64,000 bases of DNA, from assembly GCA_023213395.1 (NCBI GenBank), contig CM041465.1, positions 45,453,741 through 45,517,740 on the forward strand, given 5' to 3'. This DNA comes from Cycas panzhihuaensis (lineage: Eukaryota > Plantae > Cycadophyta). A model generated the notes under the pieces. That model made no database searches, was not told where the DNA came from, and worked only from the letters and a program-made list of their open reading frames with translations. Positions within the stretch are counted from its first letter, which is position 1. The number at the start of each line of letters is the position of its first letter. Positions 24,779-38,942 of the stretch are shown here, piece by piece. The position numbers and the translations under genes were made by a program.

Positions 24779-27700
24779 TGACAGGGGAGAAGTTTACCTG
24801 GTTTCAAACTAGGTTCGAGACTCATCAACACCCATAAAAAACAATCACTAAATAATCAAGCAAAAAGCACATAAATTCATCACAATGCTCCAATATCAAA
24901 TTTCTTATATTAACTCATGAATTTAAAGTATAAGACACAATAAAAGATTATATGAAAATCCTCACATAAAGAATAAAAGAGGCTATTACAAAATACATTA
25001 AGAATATTAAACATAAGATCATGCAAGGTGATAGTTGGCACCTTGCATGATTAAACAAACTTATAAAAATTATATATCGAGGATAAATCAACCTCCATAT
25101 ACTAAGGTTCACAACATTAAGTTGTGACTAAGCCTATTTATGATAAAGAAGCCCTCGATACAAACTATATACAAATGTTACATTAATATAATGAAATTGA
25201 TCTTTGATAAATTAATAAAGTCTATCATTAATTCTTTTATCACCCTCCCTTAATGATGAGTTCATTAAATTTGACACTAAGGCCAAGCTAAAACCTTTCA
25301 AATTTGTTGCAAGAGAGTGATTTTATGAAGATATCCATAATTTGATCTTTGATAGGCTTATAGATCAAATCTATCTCACCATCTTGTATATGTTTCCCAA
25401 TGAAGTGATGGTAAACCTTGATGTTTTTTATTCTAGTATGGAATATAATATTCTTGGTCAAATTAAAAACATTTTGATTATTATAAAACAATGATGTAGC
25501 TTATGTTTGACCAATTCCAAGTTTTTCAAGAATCTTCCTAAGCTAGATATCCTTAGTAGTTGCACTAATGCTGACTTTACACTCAGCTTCAATTAAATAT
25601 AGAGTGATATTAGGCTACTTTTTGTAGCACCATGGTACTGAATTAGAACCTAGGTTAAAATGGTAGCTTGAGGTTGATCTATCTCTTTACATCTATCAAT
25701 AAAGGTTGATCTATCTCTTTACACCTATCAATAAAGGATTTTCCACATGATAGTAATCACATCCAATCTAAATAGTACCCCAAAGATATTTTAGAATACT
25801 TATTACTTCTTTCTAATATGAAATCTTAGGTTGTATCATAAACCTAGAATAGATACCAATAGCATAGGTAGTACTAGGTCAAGTATAGGTGAGGTAAATT
25901 AATTTCTTTATAAATTGCCTATACAATGTAGGGTCTATAGGTTTTTTACACTCATCAATGTCTAATTTGAAACCTATCTCCCTAGGAGTTAACAATGGTT
26001 TATATTTATACATCTTAAATTTTTGAAGAATTTCCTTTGCATATTTTGACTATAAAAGGAAAATATGGCCTGACTCTTACTAGACTTTCATACCAAGAAA
26101 ATAATGGAGCAACTTGAGGTTAGTCATCTCAAAGCTACTATTAAGTTCTCCTTGGAGATGTGTAATACACTCTATGTCATTACTAATTATCAATAAATCA
26201 TCAATATAAAGTATAACTAAAGTGATCAATCCATTATGGATTTTGATATATAGATTTTCATTTGAAGACGAGTGAATGAGTCTACGCTTCTAAAAATATT
26301 CATTAATCTTTATATACTAAGTGCGAGGTGATTGCTTAAGGCTATATAATGCCTTTTTAAGTTTGCAGACTAGGTGTTCTTTTCCATGAACAACAAAGTT
26401 AAGAGGATAATTTATGTAAATTTTCTCTTGTAAGTCACCATTTAGAAAGGTGCTTTTAACATCCATCTGGTAAATAGGCTACTTGAATTGAGTTGTACGT
26501 GCCAAAATATGTATGATAGTGGTGATGTTAGCAACTAGTACAAATGTGTCATCATAATCAATACCTTTGACCTATCTAAAACCTTTAGTAACCAAACAAA
26601 TTTTATATCATTGAATAGAGTCATCTATATAAAATTTTATTTTATAAATCCATCTACAATCAATAGGTTGCTTTCCTTCAAATAGCTCAACAAGTTTCCA
26701 AGCATTATTTTATAGGATAAAATCCATTTCTTTAGTCATTATTACTTTCCATTTTAGATTTGCAATAACTTCCTCAAAAGTAGAGGGTTTAAAAGCTGAC
26801 AACACTTCTACCATTAAGGCAAAGTTAATGGATGACATGTATTTTAATTATCTCTTTATTTATTTTGGTGGTGAAGGAGTAGAAAAGATCGTTTGTATGT
26901 ACTATTTAAGTAACCACTTAGAAGTAGCCTCATCTTGAATATCCTTTGAAAGACTGATAGGAGTAGATGTAGATTTAGAGGCAGATGATGCAGACAATGA
27001 ACTAGGAGTATATATAGATGTAACAGGCATGTGTTCTACAAGAATATTTTATAAAGCAGGAGGAGTAATAGATGCTTTATTTGACTAATCATCAAAAAAT
27101 AAAATTTGTATGATATCCAAATCCTAGTTCTCTTATGAGAATATGACATCCTAAGATGTATGCATTCACTTGGTGGTGGGATCATATAATTTATACACTT
27201 TATAGCTAAGTTGATAACCAATAAAGATATATTTCTTACTCTTATCATCTAAATTTTTCCTCTATTCTTTCTATATGAGCATGTATATTATATAACCAAA
27301 AGTACACAAATATGAGACCATAGGTTTTTGAACTGATTAAACTTTTTCAAGAGTAATATTCAATAATGCCTTGGTTAGTCTTTTATTTGTGAGATATATT
27401 ACTATATGAAGGGCTTCAACCTAGAACTGAAGTCTCAAATTTTTGGTAGTAAACATGTCTTTAGCTTTACTAATCAAGATCCAATTCATTCACCTAATAA
27501 CTCCATTTTGCTAAAGAGTATATGGGATAGAAAAATGTTATTTGATGTCATTATCCTTATAGAATTGGTGAACTCATTTGATATGTATGCACTTCCATTA
27601 TCATAATAAAGGGTTTTTAGTGGCATTATAGATTCAATTTTAGTGCCATGCTTAAACTCTTTAAATTTTTCAAAGGCTTTTGATATCTACTTCAAGAAAT

Positions 27701-30700
27701 ATACCAATATTTTTCTAGTGTTGTCGTTAATAAATGTGATAAAAAAGTGATAGCCTCTAAAGGATGCCTCAGATATGAGCCTATAGATGTTTAAATGTAC
27801 TAGGATAAAAAAGGCTCCTTAACACACCACACTCTTCCATCTAAACTAAAAAGAGCCTAATGATATTTTCCTCTAATATAAGCCTCACAAATATATTTAG
27901 TTTGCTTTATGTTTGGTATGGCATGCACCATATTTAATTTATAAAATAGATGAAGGCTATTTATATTCAAGTGACCTAGGCATTGATGCCATAATTGGTC
28001 TTTTAGAATTCTTGGAGAAACATATATATTTGAGGCAAATTAATCATTAGAATATAATGTTGAATCAAAATGATGGGAAGTTGAAGTTAAACTACTATAA
28101 GAATTAAATTTATATGGGTGGATCAATGGTCTGGTTATAATATCAAGCTTACAAAGTCCCTAATCTTTGTATCCTTAGGTAATTAGGTTGATATTCAGAT
28201 CTATAATAAGGAATTTTCTAAGATAGCTAAACAAAACATCAAAGTTTTATTTCTTTATCTAGATAACTAAAAGTAAGTTATGTGTCATACCAAGTATATA
28301 GAAAACATTGTTGAGGTGATGTGGAGTATCAAAAATTTTTAATGAGATAGGGACATTACCAATATTGGTAATCTCTAAAATGCCATCATCTCCAAAAATG
28401 ATAAATTAATCCTTAATTGCTCTTATATTAGTGAGGAGTTCTTCTAAACCAGTCATATATTGTGAGGCACCTAAATTGATCAACCAAGAAATTTTAAAAT
28501 GATGAGTTGATAAAGTAGAAAAGAAAAGATTTTGAGAGTCAGCCATATAGCCTCCTTAATTATATCTCTAATTATGATTCTAATTTTATTGGTTCCTCTA
28601 AGGAGCATTTTGATTTTATCTCCTTAATCCTTGGTAACTTAGCCAATTCTATCTCTATGGTGCCTAATAATTTCTATGTTTATAATTTTGATTACCTCAT
28701 ATAACAGGGTAATTCTAAAATTGTTGTTGCTAAAGGTCAACTCTCTTTTCTTATAGCCAGGTGCTATATATCTAGGTTTGTCACAATGGTAACAAATAAC
28801 CTAAGGATTATAAGATGGTTAAGGCTAATGTGGTTGATATCGCTATTGATTACACTATTGGTTTAAATTCAATAAACCAAATTGATGTGTCAACTATGGA
28901 TATTATGGTCTTCCTCTATATTAGGTTGTAAATGCTAGTGTGGAAGAGGAAGTACCTAAATTCCCTAAATAATTAAAATACATTCTTCCTAAAGTAATAG
29001 ACCCTCAAATATATTAAAATCAATGGTAGTAAGTTGATTTATGCATAATAAATTATATATGAGAGAGTTATAACTAGGTGGTAAAACATTAACAACGTAA
29101 GATACAAGGTCATTGTCCTCTAGAAACTAACCCATCATTGTCAACTAGTTCTTAATCACCTTGATTTAGGACAAATAAGCTACTATAGATCCTTCAAATA
29201 GAATGGAGTAAAGATAAGATTTGAGCATCACTACCATGGTATTGTCCTTCCTCTCATAGAGTGAACAAATGATGTTCTAAGCATTTGTAGAGGTAGGGAC
29301 AAGTTTAATATTATGGTCCATATTTTCCTCAAAGAATATATGTAAAAAAGAAAGGTTAACTTTGTCAAACTCTTAAAAGGAAACTATAGCATCAGGATTA
29401 GGAGGAATAAGGTTATCAAGATCATTAGAATTTTTAGTGAGAACTGTCTTAAGAATTTTTTAAGAAACATAAAGCTAAAGTTTGTTAATTATCAAAATGT
29501 TCTTGACTTGTTTCTTCCAAGCCAAGAAATTATCACTGTAAAATAGTTTAATGGTATTAGCTATAATTATCTGAAGTGCCATGATGTATAATATGTATCC
29601 TATCTACCTAGAAACATAATCTAATCTAGGATCTATGTCTCAATGTCTCCACTCTTAAACAACCCCTAGTAGTTAAGATAATTCTATCTCATGGTATACT
29701 TTCTCACAAGTGGTAGCTCAAGGACCTAATATACTCAAAGGTGCACAAGTACTATATAAGACTTGGTTGTACCTTCAATACTATTGACCTATCTATATCA
29801 GATTTATGGCCTAAATAATAGATCTCTATCTAAGGAAACACTTACAACTAAGGTGGTCATCCCTTTCAAGTCTATCTTGGTCTCCAAACTCTAAGGTTTT
29901 AGATATAAACACCTCGACCTACCACTAATTACATTTAATAGTTAATAGGCTTCTCTAATATCCAAAGAATTTAAGAAAGACCACTAGCATGTATAGAGTG
30001 GTAACTTCAGGGGTCCTAACCATTTCCCTTGCAAGGTTGGTAATTAGGTGGTTTAGCTAGGTATTTAGCTTTTTAATATTTTTGATTAATTTTAAAATAT
30101 TTTGTGATTAATAGATTCAATTTTATGTTTTAAGTAGAAAAATAGAAAAAGGCCTTTAAAAAACTAAAATACTACCTAAAATAGATTAAAAATATATCTT
30201 AAAAAGATAAAAAATAATAAAAAATGTAACTTTAGGTTATGGACCTTTATCAAATAAGGAATATTCTATGAATGTACTAATCTAAATAACCTAAAGTTTT
30301 TAAGCTTTATAAAAAAATAAATTAAGCAGTGAGAATTTAAAAAAATGGCACCATAATTTAGATACTAGAGGTCAGATCTCTTTGTAGAGGCAATGAAATC
30401 TCATTCAATCTTCTCCATTATAAAGATGACTCTACCAAGGTCAAAATAAATGGCTATATGATATGGTCTTACTAGTCCAACAATATGCAAGAATCATATG
30501 AAGCTAACAATAGTGTCCAAATCCTCAGATTAAAGTAGATCAATTAAATTGAAGTAAAAATTCTCTATTTACCTCTCTATTTTAGTCTTGAATCTTCTTT
30601 GAGTTGCCTCTGGATCTTTTACACCCTACTAAATGCCTATCTCATTAACATCTAAGAAGTATGATACAAAAAACAAATGTTTTTTATGCAGACATCAAGA

Positions 30701-31918
30701 TGAAAATAATATATAACTAGATGTCAAGAAGATACCACTATGTAGGTATGATAACACTAAAATAGAGGCCATGAAGGGAATCTATCATGCAAATGAGACT
30801 ATTTGAGAATTATAAAGATGCCACAATAGAAATATTTTAGGCTAATGTAAATGCCAATACAAAGATTATCATGATCAGGGCCAATTGGGTGGATCAGAGA
30901 GATCAAATGACGTGATAAAGGAAAAATAGATCTCCCATATAGCTACATTAAGATGACAAAGATAGCAAAGATTTGCACTATGGATCAAATACAACCATAA
31001 AGGAAAAAACCATGTAGAGATAATAGTCACAAAAAATGAGAACCACCACTAAATAAAGCAGAGTCATCATGCACACTGTCCCAAGATCCAAAGAGGAGGA
31101 TAAAAAATTCACACCAAGAATGCAACCATGGAGGCATAAGATTGAGAGGTGTGGATATAATGGAGGTTGTCATTTTATTTAACAGCTATAGTATAACCTA
31201 AATACATACATTAATAAATAATACATGAAAACCATAATATTTTAATATGCATGATCAATTAATAGCTTTCAAAAAGTAGACATATTTTCTTACTTATCTA
31301 TAAGGCAACATACCAGACTAGAAAAGCATTAAGATACAATCACAAGATTTACTTGCTTGATAGTTGAAATTACAAATAGTGTTATTGCATATTAAATGGT
31401 AATTATTGCCATAATAGAGGCTATAAAGACTGACTTGAATGCTAGTTGAATACATAGCTCTGATACCAAGAGAGAGGGGAGAAGTCTCCTTCATTTTAAC
31501 TTAGGTTTGAGACTCATCAACACCCACAAAAAATAATCATTGAATAATCAAATACAAAACACATGAATTCATCATAATGCTCCAATATCAAATTGTGTGT
31601 ATTAGCTCATGAATTCTAAGTATAAGACATAATAAAAGATTACATGAAAAAGTATCGCATAAAGAACAAAAGAGGTTGTTACAAAATACATTGAGAATAT
31701 TAAATGTAAGATCATGCAAGGTGACAGTTGGCATCTTTTATGATTAAACCAATTGAGGGCAAATCAACCCCCACGCACCTAGGTTCACAACATTAAGTTG
31801 TGACTAAACCCATTTATGATAAAGAAGCCCTCAATACAAACTTTATACAAATGATACATTAATATAAAACAATTGATCTTTGATGAATTAATGAAGTCTA
31901 TCATTAATTCTTCTATCA
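24779..31918 (-). mobile_element. Full-length decayed Ty1/Copia element
   Basis: LTRs 24779-25242 and ~31471-31918, PBS 31457-31468, PPT 25243-25254, TSD ataat/gtaat. gag-pol ~29583 to 25270 includes MALQII..DNFLAWKK, WLINLGASQ, YQMDVKSTFLNGDL, LYIDDLL, DIFIKSL. The leader is ~1.9 kb. Confidence 0.95.
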
Positions 31919-32229
31919 GTAATTTTAGAGGAAACACATGCAAATGTTAAATGATAATGATTCATAACTTAATGAGTTTTAATACATATGAAGAAATAAA
32001 AGACAATCCATGTATATATTTAATGCATGAGTTAAAAAAAAATTTATAATTTTAGTATTGTCATATATGATAGATTGAGAATTACTTTGCTATGAATATG
32101 TTTAGTAGGCCTAATGAAAAATGGATTAATAGTATTAATTATATACATGCAATAAGAAGGAGACATAGATTATACATATAGTTCTTTGAATTCTTCATAG
32201 AAGTATGTAAGTAGGGCAGTATTATACTT

Positions 32230-33500
32230 GACATCCTTTAGATACATAATAATGCATTTAATGAAAGTCATGGTATATAAAAAAGTAAATATAAATATTA
32301 TTGTTTATGTTATCCATGATTAAAGGTTTCATAAATGCACTTACAAATTTCATGGAAAGAAAAGAGAATTTATAGTATGCATGCTAAAGGTATATGGTTG
32401 ATCTATTATGATGCATATTTTTATGCAAATAGATAAGTTGCAAGTTTACTAATTCTCTCATCTTTATTTTAATTACAATCTATGTATGCCACAATATAAT
32501 CTAAATTACATTTTGATGAATATGGTGTGAATAATATGGTGAAACCCCTAAACATTAGATTAGACTTATTACTCATTATTTTCACTTGCATGGAAAGGAT
32601 GGATAATATTCCCTCTAGTAGGAATTATAGAGAAAGACTAGATTAGCTACAAGTATTTTCCATTTAGCACATGTTACTTTAAGAAGGCCTGATAAGAGGG
32701 AGTACTAGACCCAAAATTAAGTTTGTTATACCTTCTCACAAATATCTACTTGAAGAATACCTCTTAATGAGGTAGTGAAAAGATAGTTTATGAATACAAG
32801 GTTGCTTATGGCCTCATATATAGGATTGAGGATACCATAATTATAGTTATTTCTATGATTTAAAGAGCCATAATAAAGGAATAGAAAGAGAATTATCATT
32901 TTGTGGAATAACTAGGAAATAAGATGTGGTTTTCCTCTTATATGATGATATCAATGAGGAAGGCTTCTTAAAGTGGTTTCTAACACCACCATGATGGGTT
33001 AGGTTATGTGCATCATGAGGAGTGTATTTGCATGTTCGCTAGAATGAATCTTATGAATAAATATATCTTTAAGACTAAGACCTCAAACATCTTATATAAT
33101 TAGTCTACCATAATTAATTACTAAAAATGTTCCCCCTCAATAAGGGAGTGATTACCTATTTAAGTGGGGAGCTATCCAATATATATAAAAGAAGGAAGTG
33201 GCTTACCATAAAGCAATAGTTAGTAGTAGCACCTTATTTCTAAAAATGAGTATGAGGCATAATTCATATAATTAGTATATGAGAACTCCACCATGGAGAT
33301 GAGAATTATAGAGAATGGATGTGCATAAAATGGTTCTATCATGGGTCTAGAAGTAATGCATATAAGAATATTTTATGGTGGGTTATGGAACCAAATGACT
33401 TCTCAATTTTTACTTACTAACAAGTTGTACCTTCTCTTCTTGAATTGTTTAACAATTATCATTACCATTGTTATTATTATGACTCTTAATCATATTGGAG
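32230..33500 (+). repeat. Old dispersed repeat, copy 2 (uninterrupted counterpart of 5905-13285)
   Basis: Colinear similarity across the insertion point of element A; possible shared decayed reading frame. Confidence 0.85.
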
Positions 33501-36500
33501 AATTTGGGAACTATAATAGACTCTTAGTGATATTACCACTAATCCATAATGTTATTTAAAGTTATTTCATCATTATTATAATGATTGTTGAGATACTATG
33601 CCAATGTTAATATGACCTAAGGTTGAGTTGATAACCTAGATCCAAAAACCAATATTCTTGGGTTCTTTTCATGTCTCTTAGATCGAGGAAAAAATTTTCA
33701 AAGAGAGTTCCAACTAGTTGTGTAGTGAATACAAGATAATAGGATAACTTTTAATAATAAAAATTAGATATTGTTATTTCCATGTATTTTTATTAACTCT
33801 ATTTAATGTGTGTAGCCAGAAAATTACTTTGGATGGGAAAAAGTAAATCCTAGTCTATTTTAATTATTAATTTTTTTTCCCTATTCACTATTGTGTATTT
33901 TTTTGTTGTCATTTAAAAATTTACATAGGTGTAATTTTATAATGAATATGGATTCATTACATAGGTTAAAATCTAGAAATTTGTAAGTTCTTAACATCGA
34001 TAAATTACACACATTATTAAGTATAAAGTGGTTTCTTGTTAATTACATTAAAATTCAAAGTAACATGAAAATAAAGTAGGGTGTATCAATAAAAGGCTAG
34101 TATTCTCCATAATGTCTAGAAATTATGTAACAATTATGCATGTTTCATCTAATTAGTAATCCTACAAATATAAATAGACTATCCTCGCTGACAAAAAAAT
34201 AAAACCATAACATTTAACCTCCATAAATCTTGCACATCTAGGCATTTGTATGCATGTTACCTCCTAAATCCATTTGATCTCCATAATACCTATACATCTA
34301 TATGCATGCTTATATTCATTCTTGAAGCCAAGTAATTATAAATAAAAACAAGAAATAAGGAAAGGAAACCTCCAATGCCATTATGTTTAACATCACCACT
34401 GAATATTACTCTATAGGTGTTGCTCACATGCAAGAGAAAAAATGAATACTCATCAACCTTAAGGTTTAACTTCTATATATATTAATGTGTTTATCCATTT
34501 CAAACTCTCATTCATATACAAGCCTACAAACTATATTTAAATACAATGATAAATATGTATTATAATGATCAAACTCACCATTTGGATTCTTGTTGCTTGT
34601 ATGTAAGAGAAAGGGTAAAACCCCTACAATAAAATTATTAGTCATTTAATTTTACACATCAATTCAACTATCTAATGGAGGTAACTCCTTGAAGACTTAG
34701 TAGTTAGATGCCATTTATGATCAATAAGCCTATAATAGTGATGGGCCTCTAAAAGGGTCTTGTTTCCCATCCATTTTGTATCTAATTATATTTTACTTTT
34801 GATGTGAATAACCTCATATTAGTATGAAATACCTTAGATCAAATGTAATTATGGCATAATGGTTGGGCATGATGTAATGACCTTTTTTTGTATTATTTCA
34901 AGATGATTTATCAAATTTTAGAGTCCAAGTATGAATCATTAGTGTCATTATATATATACCTTCACCTAGTGATGAAGGTAGCTCTTATGTTTGCCTATTA
35001 GTAAAGGTAATAACTACCTTTATGTTGAAGTAAAGGTAAGGTCTATTTTTTTCAAGTGAGGTATTTTAGCTAATTGCCACCTAAACAAATATGTAATGGG
35101 ATGATTAGGTGTTAATTATTGGCTAGCTAAAGTCATAAATTATCTTAGGTTTGGCTAAATACTTGTATAAATACCATTTCTTCATATGAATGAAAGAATG
35201 GAGAAAAGGATTTATCTACCTCCAAGGATTAACTTATGACTTGGTCATGAACAGTCCCCCAAAGCTATTAATTTAGGAAAAGGGTGGTATGCTATATAAC
35301 TTATATGTGCCAACATATTATCATGAGTTTCCTCTATTAGAGTTGAATGTGTTTTGCATGTTTTTTATCTTGTCTAATTATCTATCTAGATAAAAGGAAC
35401 TGGTGATATAATTATAGGCCTTAGAGACACTTAAGGGCAATTTGATCATATAGATAATTAATTCACCCTTGTATTTGGAATCAATAATTATGAATGCATA
35501 TTATATTCTACCATTCAAAGTCTATGTTTTCTTGTTTAAAATGATAGTATTCCAAGAGTTTTTGTGCACACCTTAGAAAACACCAATCATTTTGGCACCA
35601 TTGTTGGGGAATGGTGACTAATTACTAAACTACTTAGGGTTAAATTATGCACTATTTTAAGACTAGGTTATGAGAGTAGGCCTCAATATCCCTTGCAATA
35701 ACTTATTACTATTGATAGAAATCAAGAGTAGTCTTAAGAGGAGATAAAAAGAAGTATGGCAAGCACTAAAGAAAAACTCACAATGGTGAAGGAGAAGAAG
35801 ATAATGGTTGGATAATTTCCCATTTCCCTATTAGAAGAAGAAGGTATAAGTAAGGTGAAGGGGATTCCCTAAACTTGCCATATTTTTATGGTAATCCTCA
35901 CAAGGACCTTAATACATTTTTGTTTGAATTCCAAGTCTTATGTAATAGCTACAATTACTTATTGGACACATAACAATTGAAGTTCTTTCCATATACATTG
36001 AAAGATGGGGCCTTGATATGGTTTATGAGTCTAGTTGGAGACCCAATTAAAACATGGGAATAAATGAAAATATTATATTTATAAAAACATTAAGAGTTCC
36101 TCCAAGATACAAATATGAAGGGCAAGATCTTGAAGATTTAACAGGGAGAGGAGGAATTCATAGGAAAATATGTTAAAAGGCTAGATTATCTATTGAGAAG
36201 ATCCCTAAATCATGGCCTTCCTTCTCAAATTCTCAAGATAATTTTCTTCGAAGGATTGGAACAATCTATACATATGCAAATGAGGATAATATTGGATATA
36301 TAAAATTTAGATGCAACACTTGAAGTAGTTAAAAATGCATATATAAGATATCATAAAGCCTTAATAAAATGGAGGAATGCAAATGTTGACTTTAAGTTAG
36401 ATGGAGCAAGTGAAATATATTTTTAGAAAGAAACTCTAGCAATATTAGAAGACATCAATAAAACATAATTAAATAATACTCTTGGGGATATAAAGCATGA

Positions 36501-37999
36501 TATTCTCTCATATATGGCAAAGAAGTTGATAACGTTGAAATTGCATAGAAAATAAGAGAGCTCTCAATATCGCATAGGAGAAGTAATAAGGAAAAATCAA
36601 GGACAAAAAGAATTTGGGACATTGGAATATGAAAAGGATGAGGAATCTATAGAAGCTTCTTTTATAAAGAATTAGTGATAAATGGCTAGGTAGAATCAAC
36701 CATCTACTTTTATGCCTAAGATTCTCATTTTCTTCTAATGGATTTATATAGGCCACAAGGATATGAAAATTCCTTTGGAAATCCCTAAATATATTAGTAT
36801 GTTAAACCATTTAGTGAACCATACTATGCACCTCTAACTTATGAGAAAAATATTCATATATAAAATTTTGTACTTTTTCCTTATATGCAAAATCCTATAT
36901 TTTTATCAAATGCTTAAATTTCATATTACATATCTTTATATATGCATGATCATATAATGTAAATGTTGTACCAACCCAAAGGTCAAAGAGTAAGCACATC
37001 ATAAACTTTACCTCCTTCTCATATAGTTCTAGCACCTTAGTTGACCTTGCCTATGTAAGCAATTATGAATCTTGGTGGGGTAAGGCCAAAAGGGCCTCAT
37101 GCTATATATATAGAAATAGTAAATGATTATAATGAACTATGTGTGTTTATTATACAATATCAAGGATAAATATGCCCATCTATATAGATAAATAAAATAA
37201 TAGACTTTGTAAGAATTTAGACTTGCTTAAGGAAGCAAACATGAGTAGAATTTAGAATGTAACTAGTATGGTAAAGAATTAAAGAAAATAGAGTTGATAT
37301 GATATAAAGGCAACTTTTCCTTATAAAATCGCCTTCAAACATTAGAGGAAATTAGAATTCCCTATGCCATGAGGATAAGTAAGGTAAGAAAAATCAAGTC
37401 CAATTAAATCAACATGATTTTGACTAAGAAAAATAAGTGCAATAGATACCTTTGTGTTAAAAACAATACCCAACTACTGTAAATATTAATGATTTATCTC
37501 TTTTTATTATTTTTCAGGTCGACGAATGTTCATTTCGAAGTCTTATGGATCTATATATATCCAAAGACATCCTTGTACTCTTATGCTTTTTAGATCAATG
37601 TAATTGATAGTTCGAAGGTGGGTTTTTTCCATTAGATACCATGTGTATTCTTTCTGAGATTGGTGTGCGGGTTTGATCTAGTTCTGCTCCCGATTTTAAC
37701 ATGGTATCAGAGCTCTAAGGTATACGCTATCGCCGAGTGAGCCGCATGGTATTCTGATCCAATTGCTGGTGGTTTAGGAGTTTGTTGTAGTGCAAATTAG
37801 TACATCCCGTTTGACATTCGAGTTCGAAGGATATTGGCCTGTGAGGTTGCTTCAGACGTCCCTTATGGTCTCATCTAAAGGTATTTTTCAGTCTTATTTT
37901 TCCTTTGCTTGCTTAATTGTCTTTGACATGTTGATTGCTCTCCATTTTGTATGCACTTGTCCTCCTTCTTATCTGTATACATTATAAACCCTAAGGCCA

Positions 38000-38290
38000 G
38001 TATACGCTGCTTGTTTGATGCATCTTTAAGTACGCATAATTACTACGTATACACTGCTTGTTTGATGCATCTTTAAGTATGTATAATCATTGTGTATACA
38101 CTACTTAAGTATGCATAATCACTATGTATATTCAATGATGTATTACTGTGCATAATCACTGCATATACTCTGTGTTTTCTCTTGTTTTAGTGCGCATATA
38201 TTCATCATTTTTAGTGCACATATATTCAACATTTTAGTGCGCATATATTCAGTGTTTTTTGCTGCGCATATATTTAGTGCATTCACGCAT
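38000..38290 (+). repeat. Minisatellites in the Copia 5' leader (~47-bp and ~23-bp units)
   Basis: tatac.ctgcttgtttgatgcatctttaagta x2 plus partial copies; tttagtgc.catatattca x3-4. Confidence 0.88.
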
Positions 38291-38942
38291 TTTTTATCGT
38301 GATCTGTTACTATTGTACTATATACTTTCTTGCATTCTTTTAGCTGTATATATTCAGTGTGTGTTTACTGCATTCATTTGTGCTCCTTTTCATTATTTCT
38401 CTATGTATTTACAACGCCTTTTTAGCTATTGTTTACTTTGGCATTTAGCGTGTATTTGTTGTGCTCTTTATTTTCATATTTAGGTATTCACAATTTTGGG
38501 TATATGTCATTTGTTTGCCTGAGTTTGCCAATACCTTTTTTAGTATGATGATCAAGGGAGTTCTGGGTTAATTCTTGATGATCGCCAATATCATTTGAGC
38601 CATACACAGAATTTAGTTTGGAGTTTTGGGGCAGTTAGGATTTATACAGATCACTATAATTAAATCAGACCATCCAAGATTAATGATACACATTATTGTA
38701 ACTTTAAATAATAGTGTATCATAACCATTCATTGATTTATTTATGAAGGCTACTTTAAGAGCTGTGTTAATTATTTCAGTTGGAGTTGAGCATTCTGGCA
38801 CTTAAGGTGACATAATTGGATTGATTTAAGATTATTTTTTATATCAGACTTTTGAAATTATTTTTTTAGATTTTAAGGTGCTTGGTTGGAAGGGAGTTTA
38901 AATTAGTTGAATCTCTGAGTCATATTATCATTTGATTTGATC

